Below are positions 23,691-37,400 of a stretch of DNA of 64,000 nucleotides, piece after piece; position 1 is the first letter of the stretch; every line of letters begins with the position of its first letter. The stretch comes from Mytilus californianus (taxonomy: Eukaryota). The stretch lies in contig NW_026262668.1 of assembly GCF_021869535.1 (NCBI RefSeq), positions 6,510,001-6,574,000 on the forward strand. Direction: 5' to 3'. Position numbers and translations under genes: made by a program. Under the pieces are notes generated by a model, which was given only the letters and a program-made list of their open reading frames with translations, was not told the origin of the DNA and did no database searches.

Positions 23691-25898
23691 TATGTAACTG
23701 ACACATCTATATAGTTGAGCTGGTTTTTTTTGTAATTCATTATACTGTGTGTTCCTTAAAAAGTAGACGGCATTAGAGTTGACTTTTATTTCGCAAGGTA
23801 TGAAATTTAAGCGATATGACTGCTGAACCAGTGGGTTTTACAGTGAATTGTGTCATTCAGATCACTGTCCATGAAGTATAAACATGCATTTATCTGCTTA
23901 CTGTACTTCCACTTGATCATAGATTTCTTTGATATGGATAGATTATTTGTCAGTTGAATAGTAGTACACGTGATGCATGACATATAGCCAATCAATTGTC
24001 GCCAAAAGGACCACTTTTGAAATAGAAATGAGGCTCTTGACCTAGATGTAGTATGGTCGATGTTTATAATTCTTTTATTAAAATGGTAATCGTAACCTGA
24101 CCAGTTGCTGTCACTGTTCAGTCAGTTGGTTGCCTGGTACAAATTACCCTATTTAGCAAAAATTTTGGTCTTCCGCAATCTGAAGTCGCAGATAGCAGAA
24201 AATGATAGGACTTTATTTTTTTAATGAAATAAGAAGTAAATTTCGAGGCAGTAATGCAACTCATAAGTAAGACTTCTCTTTTAATGAAGAAAATATATTA
24301 TTATATCTTATAACAACCACTGTTTTAACAAATATACAGAATTTCTTTTTTGTTTTTTTTTTTTAAACACATTTATTAACTTAGCTTTATCAGGAAATTC
24401 AGATAATCTAATCTTACAGATGAGTTTATAGATTTTTTTCTATTTTGTTTAATAGCAAGAAAAAATGTGCGGTGACCCCATTTTTTTCTTTTAAATTTGT
24501 AAAAGCATTTTATCAGCGTTATGTTCTCATATTTTTATTTCAAAATTATGTCATTTAGTTTACATTCTTTTTACTCGATAATGCCTTTTCTTGTATAGCC
24601 CTTACGCTATAAATGTTTGTGAGCGCCCAACACTCACCTTTTCCTGGGAAAATGGTGTAACAGCACAACATAACAACAAACTGTAAAAATAAGTTTAAAT
24701 TGCCACGATGCACCAAAAAACCCCCAAAAGAAACAACTACTTGTTAACAGCGAACTAAGACGCAAAGAACTGATCTAAGAGTACTCGAAGTAACTGAAAG
24801 CTAGCTCAACGCCAATTACGACTAAAAATAAATCATGTTCTCCCAGACCCAATACATCCGCAATGATTATGCCTTTCTGGATGATGGTACAATCGTTAAC
24901 TTTTTGGGGAATATGTTTATATTCATGCGAAACACCAAATGTTAGTCCAAACGACTTGGATAAGCAACTATAGGTCACCGTACTTCGTTCAGCAATGAGA
25001 AATAGCTATACCGTATTAACTCCATAACCGCTTAAAAAAAACATGTTTAAAATCTTTATTGACTAATGATAATATTCAATTTCTAAATATTATGACATTT
25101 GTTGAAAATTGATGGTTTAACCTAGTGAGGTTACATCTACTCTGACAATGAGAGAAAGGTATTGATTTTTAGTTCTGATAATTAATATCAGACCTGTATT
25201 CTGGCTATGAAAAACAAACACTAACCAACTTATGACAAATTTCAAATATTTATTAAAAAATAATCGAAAAAAAATACAGCACAAAATATGGTATCATAGT
25301 CTAAACGTATAAACCGGATTATTTGCATGAATATTAACGTTATATATATAATGATGGAACACCGAGCATTTACATTAAACAGCTTAAAAAACACTAATTA
25401 CTCATGCTAAAGTAGTCATGCGACTTTTTGAAATACTTGATTATTGTAGTATTTGTTTTAGGTAAGCTCAATTACTATTTACCGGGCATATACACGCTAG
25501 TTATCTATCTTTGTTATTACACATGTTATTACATACGGAGTTTGAACAACTTTAATCTATACTCAACACTGATGGTCACAATGAGTAAAATACTCTCTAC
25601 CATATGATAGCTGGATATTTATAATATTGAATGCCGTCAATTGAAAAAAAAAATCTTCATTGACTAATTCAAATTGTTCTGAAGACAGATAATACCTAAA
25701 TATCAACATTTTTTATAACCTAAACAAAATTAAAATATTCCTCACTGGTAATATTTATTGCGAAAGTTATTTGTCCTATACAAGAAATTAACACGCGCAC
25801 TGAATATCATTTTAGGCAACCGGCATAAAAAAGGTAGTACTAAAACTTTATATAGAACAAAACCGGTAATTTTATAAAATACTATTTTCCGAAACCCA

Positions 25899-26283
25899 TT
25901 AAGATCCCATCATTCCTAGCATTAAAAATGGCATCATTGAATTATCGAAAGGAGGTCCATACATTCCACCAGATGTTCCGACAGGGTTGTACGGATTCTC
26001 TAGTGCTCCTGATAATGCCATCATCATTATAACCTCATTCGGAGTAGGACCTTCTGGGGCTTCGCCACCACGGGCCTGTTGTTGTCGCTGCATTCTCTGA
26101 ACTCGGTCCAAAGTGGTTAATACTCTGTTTATTCTTTGTCTGCTTTGACGGACAACTTGAACTGGTTGTGCAGTATAACAATCTGTCTTGTTATCTGATT
26201 TCCTAACTGGTGTAGGTATGCAGCCATCCAATACAATTCTGCAATGTCTTGGTATCTGTAATGATCGTGGATCCTTGTTGCTT
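25899..26283 (-). CDS. Beta-microseminoprotein (PSP94)-like gene, last coding exon: end of Cys domain plus Gln-rich and Met/Gly-rich tail
   Basis: Acceptor TATATTTTAG|A at 26284. Phase-2 join to the upstream exon gives CCP-SNKDPRSLQIPRHCRIVLDGCIPTPVRKSDNKTDCY...GPPFDNSMMPFLMLGMMGS*. Confidence 0.85.
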
Positions 26284-26751
26284 CTAAAATATAAATAGAG
26301 AAGTAGGTTTGATTGATATCTTAAAAAAATAGATTAAAAAAAAATCTTTTCTGGTATACATAGATTTAAATGCGCATTGTGTTGTTTCAACGAGAACCTT
26401 AATAAGGATCGTTCGAGCCTATAAGTTCGGGTAAATTATTTCTGGACATCAAAAATTAAACGGGCCTAAATAGTAACAGCCATAGTCGTCATAGGTATAC
26501 CTTGCCTGAGAGAGTTACAACATTAAATTAGTTTCACTGCAATTATCTAATCTATAAACTGAAAACTGATCCATTCAAATGTACCACTAGTATTGAAGTT
26601 GTGCTGGTACCGAAATCATTGTCTACTGAGCAGATGGTTCTACCAGTCGACCAGCATCGACACCGGCATAGTGGTAAATGCATTTGCTATATCAGAAATA
26701 ACATTTAAGTTTTATTTGATTTTATCCATTTCAACATGGCAGCGTACTTAC

Positions 26752-26896
26752 GGACAACAACGCATCCCATATTGATTGCATGTACATGTATGGCAATCCA
26801 AGGTTTTAAAAGTGGTATCGGGTAAAACTCTTAATTTAGCTACACTAACTCCATCTCTCACAGGATGTTCACAATAAGATCTTCTTGTTCCAAAAG
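26752..26896 (-). CDS. Beta-microseminoprotein (PSP94)-like gene, internal exon
   Basis: Acceptor TTATTTTAG| at 26897 and donor |GTAAGT at 26751. Encodes FGTRRSYCEHPVRDGVSVAKLRVLPDTTFKTLDCHTCTCNQYGMRCC; the C-x2-C-x-C-x6-CC spacing is that of MSMB/PSP94. Confidence 0.85.
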
Positions 26897-27000
26897 CTAA
26901 AATAAAAAATGGTTTAAATAAATCAAAAGTTTCGGAACATAATTTAGTAAAATTTTCTACCATAAAAAAGTACAAACACTCGAATAAACAAACAAACTGG

Positions 27001-27947
27001 ATTTTTGCTAAAAATGCGGAAACGTAATACGCCCTTTTTTTCTCCCTTTTTTCTACTCATTTGTTGTTGCTGTTGTTTTGGGCGTATTACGTTTCCGCAT
27101 TTTAAGCAAAATTCAGTTTCACGTTTCCGCATTTTCATGCATTACTTTTCCGAAATAATTAGATACCACCTTTCCGCATTTGTACCTGTATTTCACCTGT
27201 AAAAAAATGGTAATAATAATAATATATAAGACTTTATTGTATTATAGTATTTTTTCTTAATTTGTATTTTATTATGATAATATAATTCCTCCAACAGGTA
27301 GATTATATTCAGATTTAACATTGTGAGTACTTTTCAAAAGTCACTATGTGGAAAGTCACCTCATATGCGTTGAATACCGTATTTGGTTATATCTTTTATA
27401 TTCATTTGCATATGTTTGATTTATTTTTTGGACACTCAATTTCATGTCCTTATTTGGTTTCGGTCAATATTGCCATTTGCATATCATTGTTCTTCGAAAA
27501 GTTCACAGTGTTTGAACTTCTGGTATCTAAGAAAGTGTATTTTGAGACTTTTAATTGATATATGACCATGTATGATTTTTACCATTTTAAGTTGATAGTT
27601 TCATTTTAATCATAAAGACTTGTCCTGCTCGAAGTCCTACTTCCACCTCCCCGTTGCTGAGCAGGGAGGCAACAGGTTTGCCTGGCAAACGGAAGAGGCA
27701 TACATTAAAAATTAAAATGCGGAAACGTAAATAACCTTCAACAAAATCAATGTAAAAACAATGTGGAAAAGAGTACTATAAAAATGCGGAAACGTAGGAA
27801 TTCTAATGCGGAAACGTAGTGCCAAAATGCGGAAACGTAAAACGCCCTTAACCAGCATACCCAACGACCCAAACGAAACGCCTGTCGTGCGCGAGGAAAT
27901 CAGTATCATACAGGTTTTTTTTCGGGCGTTTTACGTTTCCGCATTTT
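27001..27947. mobile_element. Cluster of four TIR-like ends (GGGCGT.TTACGTTTCCGCATTT), PIF/Harbinger-like
   Basis: Copies at 27011-27034 (reverse), 27080-27103, 27824-27847 (reverse) and 27924-27947, plus subterminal ATGCGGAAACGT repeats. The superfamily guess rests only on GGG termini and T-rich/TTA flanks. Confidence 0.6.
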
Positions 27948-29672
27948 GATTTTCAGCAAAAGTTCTAAGGTAGATTAACCGTATACCGCTATTTTGGATT
28001 ATAAAAAAGCAGTTAACAATAGGTCTAGTTCTTTGCTTAAATCTGCAATTTTGAGACAGATTGGCAATTAATGGATTAGACTGTTTGAATAAAGACGAAT
28101 AAGTGATTTATTGCATTATTCAGACTGATTGATCAAATACATGTACCTATTATTTTTGTTTGTTCGAATTAAATTATCAACTTAGCCATTTAAGGGAAGA
28201 TAACTCAAATAGTAAAATTTGTGTACGGGAATGATAGAGAAATTTTCAATTTTTACTTGTAGCAAGAAAATAAGTTTGGTGACACATTTTTTTCTTTTTA
28301 TTTTCTTAAAGCATATATTAAACCTATCTTCTCATATTTTATTTCAAAATTCTATCTCAAAGATTTCTTTTTATTCACAAAAAAGTGTTTTTTCATGAAC
28401 AATCTACGCAAAATTGACCAATTTTGCATGACTTGTAGCTTGAAAAATAGCACGGTGACCAATACTTTTTATTATATTTTTGAAAAAAAGAATGGAAAAA
28501 TCTACATTCTGGTAAAGTATAAGAAAATTCTATCTGACGAAATATATACAAATGATCCACCTTAAATTGTTCTAAATAATAAAAACTAAATTAAGAAGCC
28601 CGACAGAACATTCAAACGCGACTTTCAAACATGTCCCTCTTCTCACAAACATCTCATTTTATAATATTCGTGCGATTTAGGCTTTTATCCCCATTAAAAT
28701 ATATCACGCTTAAAAAAAATCACTATATTTGAGATGTTCTATCAATTATCAGAATTCAATATTCAATGAATAATTTCAGAAAAAAATACGTTAAAAGATG
28801 TTATATGACTGAACATATGTTAATGGAAGACAAAATGAACGAAAGTGTTTGTTAAAGATTTGTATTAAATAGATTTTTTTTTTTAAATGAATGAAAATAC
28901 GAAGAAATTAACAAAGGATTAGATAGTCATATATACACCAGTGAAATCCTTAATATAGCCTTATCGTCATTTTTATATCGTCATTTGTTAACTGTTATGA
29001 CTGTTTTATCAAACTGATAGTAAAACATGTTTCAACAGACAAAAACAAATGGCAGTCATTAGCAAAATAACATTAAATGTCTATTATTGCAACTATTTAT
29101 TTTTTATAGTCTGAAGTATCTAAGAATATTAGAAAGTTTGTGTACATTGTATCTTCATATTTATTTAAAAAAAAGAAGTTTTTTTTTTCAATATAAAAAG
29201 GTCGGAAACTTGAGGCATGAAAGTGTACAGTGTATGAATGACTACAGAAATGTTAAAGAATGTGGACACATTTACCCTCGAGATATTTTGAGAATGTATG
29301 TTTTTATTCGGTTTTTTCAATTAACTAATGACACGAAGTGTATATCCTTAATGTCATTTCAACACATGCATTGTATTGTTTTGTGTTTATAATACAATAG
29401 AGAAATGTACTTCCTCTTACATTTATTGGCACATCTTGTTAGAGGTTTCCCCGATTTCATACCGTACCAACCGTACTACGAACTGGTAGAGGTCATATAA
29501 CTTTTGAAAAAAACCACGGTTTGAAATATTTATTATGAATAATGTTTAGCATTTGATTCTCTTCATCTAAGCAAAGTACTCTGAATTTTTCCTGCGATGA
29601 ATTTGTAAATATGTAGCAGCCAAAAAGCATGTTTAAGTTGTGATCCAATTATTTTTCTCCCGTCATAGACTG

Positions 29673-30731
29673 AACAAGAGTGCACACGCTGAAATGTCTC
29701 GCCTGTTTTACTGACCATTGATTTTATGTTGAAGGTCTTAAAGATAAAGGTTTTACTACAAGTATCACATAAACTAAACATTTTTAAATATCCATGGCAA
29801 TGAGGTCAAGGTCAGATAATTCCTGTCAGACAGACATGCCCACCTTACAATTATTCCATACACCAAATATAGTAATTGAAAAACAGACCAAAAACACACA
29901 AAAACTTTAACATTGACCAATGAACCATGAAAATGAGGTCATTGTTAGATTATACCTGCCAGACAGACATGTACATCTTACAATCATTTCATACACCAAA
30001 TATAGTTGACTTACTGCGTATACTGTTTGTAAAACAGACCAAAACACAAACTCTTTACATTGACCAATGAACCATGAAAACAAGGTCAAGGTCAGATGAT
30101 ACCTACCAGACAGACATGTTCACCTTCCAATTATTCCATACAACAAATTTAGTTGACCTACTGCTTATAGTATTTGAAAAACTGACTAAAACACAAAAAC
30201 TAAACATTGACCGATGAACCATGAAAATGAGGTCAAGGTAAGATGAAACTTGCCAGACTGACATGTACCCTTTACAATTATTCCATACATTACATATAGT
30301 TGACCTACTGCTTATAGTATCTGAGAAACGGACCTAATCACGTAATTTTAACCTTGATCACTGATCCATATAATGAGGTCAAGATCAGATGAACTCTGTC
30401 TGGCGGACATGTAGACATTGCAAGGAACCCATGTACTAAATATAGTTATTATATTACAGTAACTCATAATAAGTGAGAAATTCACATGACAAACAAAAAA
30501 AAAAACTAAAATTTGTTTTTAAGAAGTCGCCGAACCATGAAAATGAGGTCAAGGACAATGGACATATGACGGACGGAAACTTCATAACACAAGGTATCTG
30601 CATACAAGTTATGAAGCATCCAGGTCTTCTACCTTCTGAAATATAAAGTTTAATACAAATAGTTTATAACGCTGCCACCTAGTAATCCCTATGTCTCACA
30701 TACTGCGACTTTCGTCGCAGGCGAGACAAAA
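29673..30731 (+). mobile_element. Helentron-type non-autonomous element (HINE/pearl-like) with internal 147-bp tandem array
   Basis: 5' AACAAG..GTCTCGCC, 3' hairpin CTGCGAC-tttc-GTCGCAG followed by GCGAGACAAAA. Repeat starts CATGAAAATGAGGTC at 29926, 30073, 30220 and 30367 (147-bp period). GACGGACGGA near 30570. Confidence 0.85.
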
Positions 30732-33380
30732 CCCGTATGTTTCTGCTCTTTCCCATTATTCAATTTAGCTTTAATTCTATGGTGCATCATTATACAAAAT
30801 ACCTTTTAAAGATATGTACTTTTGAACAAGCCAATTGCTAGCATTGAACTATATGGCAAGGCACCAAACGTTTTGAAGTTAAAGGGAGGTTTGAAATTTT
30901 GTAATTCTAGACGGATGTAATTTTGTGTTTTGAATCAGTCATGGGGTATAATAAAAAGTCTGTCTAAGCGTTTATCAGTATATAGTGCATTTCTAGAAAG
31001 AACGAAAGAAAAAAAACAGATTGTTGCCAAAAAAATAAGTATTGTGGGGTTCGTGCAAAAAATCCTGACTCGACGGGATTTCCAAATTTCTCATCTTTTC
31101 GAAAGGAACAAAGTTAGTTCTTTATGAATCTAATTATATTTGCGTAAGGACTGTTTGATTCATGCAGACTATAGTACATAATTATAAACAGAACTACACT
31201 AACAAAGCGTTCTAGAAATGGTATATAGAATTGCTATCAAATAAAAATAGCTTTCTATTTCTTCATCTGAACGTAATTAAAGAAGTTCTTATTACTACAC
31301 TTTAGGGATTGCTTCAGTTATTTACCGAGGAATGAAAAAGAGTTCGCGGCCAAAACGATTTTTTTGCGATAAATAAACAGGCTAAAGCACCCCCTCTTAG
31401 ACAGAAAAAATGCACAAAAAAGTTGTACAAAGAAGAGTCAACCACACAACGCCGCGATCCGACACTTTTGGGAAAGTGTCCTATTGAAGATTTAAGGTTC
31501 ACCATAGTCTATCATTTTTATGTAAAAAGATGTCCATAGTATTTCTGGACTTATTTTATGCTAGATAATTGTTTTGAATGACCAAGAATCATAGGTCCAT
31601 CATGATGTTTTACTACGTCCCACGCCAATTTAACATTCACCATACATTACTATTGACCTCTAGATATGTTTTGATCTTTTGTGTAGATTTGTTGCTGCTC
31701 ATTAACGAAAACACCAATTCTTCTTTTATAAATGTTAATTGAAAATTTCAATTATTAATATTACCCGGACATGTATTGTCCATTAGTTGTATCTTACACT
31801 CATGTTCTATGATGCAATTCATACAACAATGCCTTAAAGGGATTTAGCCACTTACAGATGATCTAAAACCACTATATGACCCAAAGATATAGGTAAAATA
31901 ATTAAATAACTGTTTTAAGAATTATGCTTCCGTCACGTACGACACGAATGTTCAATTACGCGAACACAATTACTTAACCTGTCTATTTTTTGGTTTTATA
32001 AATTATGAGATAAACAAATATAGTATTTCATAATTTCTTTAACAAACTTTCAAACGTTACAAAAAAAAATACTTTCCATAAATGTCCACATAAATTGTCA
32101 AGCTTTGAAGGCAAAATAACACATATTTGTTTGTCCAGATTAGAAAGATAAATTGCACTTAAGCTGTAGTTCGCCTACGGCAGTCATATGAATCAAAATT
32201 CAACCTAGGTAAAAATGTATCTAGGAAACTGAGCAAAATTATTCATCTATCAGTCTATGTCTGCAAACATTTTGAAGGCTTAAATGCATTTAATGTCTTA
32301 CGAAAATCCTATTTAGAAAATTATATGAAAACGGAAAGAAAAAGTCTGTAGAAAAAGCACTTGGAATTAAACGGAACCAGGAGAAGTGAAAAAATGTTTT
32401 GAAACTTCATCCTTCATTGTTGCATATATTTGTGTTATGTATATAATTATAAAAAATGAAAACAATACTTTATAGATTTTATGCGTCCTTAGCGCTTTTC
32501 TGGATTTAACTTCATCCGGAACGCTCAAAGCCAAATATTTGAAAGCGAATGAGGTAAAGAACCGAAACAGTTGAAGAGCTATATGACCAAAAAGCTAGGA
32601 CCTAATAATAATCACCTAATCCGGCTAGGGACAACTTCGCCTACTATACAAACTCATTAAAACATTGACTGTGTTAAAACTGGCTGGTTTGAAACATCTA
32701 ATAAAAGATGAAGAAATAATGTACAAAAATTGAACTTATTCAAGCGATTATCACCAATAAACTGTTTGGAAAATTGAACAATTTCTTCATTTACATGGCA
32801 TTTTCAAGGTACTGTTTGCCGCCCGTATTGCAAATAGCTTTACAGTGAACACAAATATGTAGATTTAAAATATATTTCTGAAAATGATGCATGCAATTAT
32901 TAATTTATTAATTATTCCTACAAAAAAAAATTAACGTACCTGATATTTCAGTTTTTAATGGAGAAAATTCACACTGGCCGTGAGTTTGTGTAACTCCAAA
33001 AACCGATATTGTTATCAATAGCAGAAGCATCATGGACGGCGTCTTGTTGTTACAATGAATACACACCATAAAGAAAAATAAAGTCAGAGAAAAATCATTT
33101 AAAGAAGCGCTGTCAAAAATTTATAGGATAGACTGACTCTCTGTGACCCGCAGCTGCAGTTACTATCTTCTTCTGTCAGGTACGTGACATGATTAATTGG
33201 GGGGACGGGTTTTATGACAGATTATTGTTAATTGTACATCGACATGCTCTTCGTGTTACAAGGTATCCACTTTAATGTTTATTGGTCAAAATACACAAAA
33301 GTAGCCGACATAAAGTAATGTATTGTATTCTTCCAACTACTCTATTGCATATTCATATATTCATCGAATTAATCATTCCT

Positions 33381-33382
<2 letters not shown>

Positions 33383-33444
<62 letters not shown>
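33383..33444. repeat. (AG)31 microsatellite
   Basis: Perfect dinucleotide run. Confidence 0.98.
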
Positions 33445-33446
<2 letters not shown>

Positions 33447-33908
33447 GTTGACTTCCCATGTCAAAATTATATTCTTAAATGGTCACATGCAGTCACTTCA
33501 TGTTTAAGCCATTGATATTGGATAGCGCAAAAACGCGAGAATACAAAGATCATGCAGCCAAATGCGGCCATTTCGCGTTTTTTATTTACGAAATATCCAA
33601 ACTACCATTGTGCAACGGTTGTTGCTATGACTCCAACCGTCAATTGACTGATTGACGGCAGACCAATAAAAAGAGTAACTTGAAAAGACCGAGAGTTAAC
33701 AACATGACATTTAAAATCTTAAGATGGAAATAATGATTCCAACTACAGGTATAGTCGGACCATATGAGTATTATACTCGTTTGGTTATTAACGGGCATTT
33801 TTTCAAATAAATTCTAACTTCCTTCGCAAGAGCACACAGTTCATTATCCGAACCCAAACGACACAAGTAACTAGCTGAATTCCTTTATCCTTACATATTG
33901 TCTGAATC

Positions 33909-33944
33909 CAGGGACTTTCTATACTAACCGTTAGAAAGTCCCTG
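33909..33944. mobile_element. 36-bp minimal foldback element, CAG..CTG termini, apparent 7-bp TSD
   Basis: CAGGGACTTTCTA-tactaaccgt-TAGAAAGTCCCTG, a perfect 13-bp stem. Flanks CTGAATC / TTGAATC. Confidence 0.65.
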
Positions 33945-34145
33945 TTGAATCTTAGTGTATCTGTTATCTTGCCTTCGCTAGAATCAATCTAGAGCGTTTC
34001 GCAAGAATCAATCTAGAGCGTTTTATCTTGTCGACATTTTCGTTCGTAAGTGAAATCGCAGGCGTTTTTGACATGGACATTTTTTATTTTTTCTAATCTC
34101 AACTTGTTTACTTCAATTATTGTGTTCTTTCTTGTATTCATATGA

Positions 34146-34491
34146 TTTTTATACGCCCGTTTACGGGACGTATTATGGTATACCGTCCGTCGTCAACATG
34201 TCGTACAATAACTCAAAAACGCTCAAGTTAACCAATTTGCACGAAACTTTGGTGAATTGTTTATATCTATTGACGTAAGCTTCCTTTCGATTGTTGATCA
34301 ATTTTAGATTTTACGTTTCCAAGTTATGAGATTTTATTCATAAAAAAGGGTGGATTTTCCAGTTTTATACCTATTAAAATAACCTCCCTTTAGTTTTTTT
34401 ATATAAATTTCTGATATGACATTGAGGAGTTATTGAACTTTATTCTTTGAAAACGCGACTGGCGTATCATGCGCTCATGCAAAGCTCTTTA
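34146..34491 (-). mobile_element. Helentron-type non-autonomous element (second family); truncated copy at about 54620-54927
   Basis: TTTTTATACGCCCGT..ACGGGACGTATTATGGTATACCGTCCGTCG at one end and GGCGTATCATGCGCTCATG at the other. The body is colinear with 54620-54927. Confidence 0.75.
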
Positions 34492-37400
34492 TTCTGTTAT
34501 TGTAAGATCGTATAATAGGAGCTAGAACACATAAAAATAAATAAAAACAATTTGAAATATTGAAGAACTTTGATTTAATAAAAACACCAAAATAAATATA
34601 AAAAAGAAAGCCGTTTTCAATGACCAAAGTTTCTGTGACTTAAGCAATTGACTTCTTGTTTAACAGTTCCAGTTCATTTAGATATTTCTTGAACTTGAAG
34701 TTATAAGTCGACATATTGCGTTTTGTACAAATGTAAGGACAACTCAATAATGACCAAGTAAAAATGATTTACTGTAATTTTTACTTATAAGTAAAATTCA
34801 CTTTATTTCATTAATCATGTAACAATGATTACAATATGATTGAATAAGAAAAGCATTCATTTTTAGAAACTCTTTAATTTATGGGACACCTTTTCAAAGT
34901 TTATCGTGTTAATCAACCGGACCATGCGCGTATGGTCGGACCATATGAGTATGTACGCATATGGTCATGACCATACGCTTATGGTCCAAATACTCATATG
35001 GTCCGGAACATATATACATGTAAAGGTGAAATTTGATGCTCTATGTTAAAGTCTGAAAACTCATTGTAAAAAGATAACTTGATACACCTTCCACGAATGA
35101 AATCTTCCATTATAAATGACAAGTTAACATATTTGTATCCATTATAAAAATGACACCAAGGGTGAGGTAAAGGGTATAGAGATATGGCAACCTTGAATTA
35201 TCCCGTCCAGCAGTAACCCATTCCTAGGAGTGGCGTCTGCTCGGCTTTGTGGCATGATATTATACATTTACAGATATTTCCTGTCAGTATTAGACATTAA
35301 ATCGGATGCCTCGTGTAGGGAGTATGGTACGCTATCTGCTGGTCTGGTAAAAAAAACCTTGCGACAGATGATTGAGGAGTGCCTAGGTGGCTTGCTACAG
35401 AGCAGTTTTTCTGCCACTATCCAACAAATCCTCTATTCAGTGGTATTTCATTTTTATTTCAAAACCTACATACTGCTCTAGTAACTGTTGATGTCTACTT
35501 GTACTGAAAATGCATGAAATATTTGCCACTGAACGTCAATTAAACATACAAAAACACTTTTTTGCATCAATAAATGTGGTTAATTCTTTTTGGACACGGG
35601 CTTTGTCCTTGAATCATTCAACCCAAGCTGTGTTAATGTCCTTGAATTCCTTTGTCTCACTAGAATTTAAGGGTCAATCTACGCATCTGGAAGAACAAAA
35701 ACCAGTCACCCATAATTTGCACATCTTACATTGATTGACTTAACTTCAGGTGAAGTACATTAAATTTGAAGTGTTAGCCCTGTATAACCTTGAGTTACGC
35801 GATGGATAATGTTACTCGTATAAAATAACTATCTATAGATATTACTGAAAAGTGATGGGATGACCATTTGATAATCTGATTGGGAGGGGGTCAGGATGAA
35901 ATTGGAAATTATTATTCTGTCCTGATGATAACTGAAAATAAATTACTTTTTCCAAGACAGGTTTAAAATGAATCTTCTGCCAACAAAATGCAGAACAATG
36001 CAGAAATCAGTTGTGTACATGTGTGAAAATCAATTTTAACTAAGTAAAGAAGACCCCCTCCCCCTCCCCGAAGAAATTCAATTGTCTGTTCCCAAAGAAT
36101 CTATCACCATTCACGACTGACAAAACAGCTGATCTGCAGATCAATGTATGAGAGAGAGAAAGATGAGATAAAACAGTATTTTAGTTCACTAGTTTAAAAG
36201 AAACAAAATGCTTTACATTCATGAAGTATAGATGGACATTGTAAATTTCATATGAAAATGTGTAAAAATGTTTATATGTATATATTTTGTCTTAAAAGTC
36301 TCTCATAAATCCTTTTTAAGATTGATGCATACATTGGATTTTTTTTTAACTGTTTTATGTGTTATTCTATGAATCTTATTTTATGTTTGTATGTTGTGAG
36401 ACTATAATAAAATATTGAATCTGAATCTGGATCTGTGATGACATGGAGCAATTAAACAAAATTACAGACGAATTTCCTAACAACTTCGTTTTGGTACCAG
36501 TCTTGTATTACAATAAAATAGTCCATGTTTTCTGGGCTCATTTTGTTGTTTGAGTAAAAGTTTATGCTGAATTGAAACATCTATTTAGAAGTAAAACAAT
36601 GTTTCAGCTTTGTTTGGGGTATCAAACCAGAAAGTTGGAAGGATATGATGTTCACTGGAAGTGGTATGGACTAGTAAAAATAGCAAACAGAAAGAAGAAA
36701 AAAGTAGTTTCGAGGCGGGTGGGGAGCAAGAAGGTGAACTGTGGTTTATTTTTATCAGTGGTACGGCTTAAGTCGACGCTAGGGGCCCGGTCCTGACCTT
36801 TTTGTTGGGTATGAATGATTCGTTCATTGTTGAAGACCCTACACCAACTGTCAAGATGAAGAACAGGAATAAAAGCCCTGTTCATTGATATTTAAAAAAA
36901 AAAATATTCTATGTATTGTGTGCGATTTTGTCCCATGTTCATTTACTCCATATACTTTTATTTTCTATTGACTTCAGGTTTTCATAACATGTGAAATGAG
37001 CACTTCGTGGCATGAGGCACTTTTCCCCCATTAAATCACAATTTCACATTACAATATACATGATATGTACATGAACAAAATTTCTATGAAGCATTTTATT
37101 AAAAAAAAAAATTTAAAGATCAGCTGTTTTGCATGTAAGCCTATGGAGCAGTCAATTACAAGACTGCAACCTTTTCACGTGCGTTTCAATAACGACCAAA
37201 GATACACGAAACAAATTATGCAATAACTTCACACTTTTGTGACGGCTGACACTATTATTGCATAAAGACACATTATTATGATACATAAATTAATTTATGT
37301 CTTTTGTACTTGAAAAAAGACACATTTATCAATTTGTTATTCTCTTATAATGCACAAATCACTTAGTCTAATTAATGTTTAGACCACCATAGACATTTGT

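Larger units (their letters stand above)
33756..35005. mobile_element. Possible TIR element bounded by CGGACCATATGAGTATT inverted repeats
   Basis: 17-bp inverted match 33756-33772 vs 34989-35005. The right end has a GACCATA/TATGGTC-rich subterminal block. The left match could be only a subterminal motif. Confidence 0.4.

Noticed and set aside
33282-33515. ORF with an ERERER run
   Set aside because: It is the translation of the (AG)n microsatellite.
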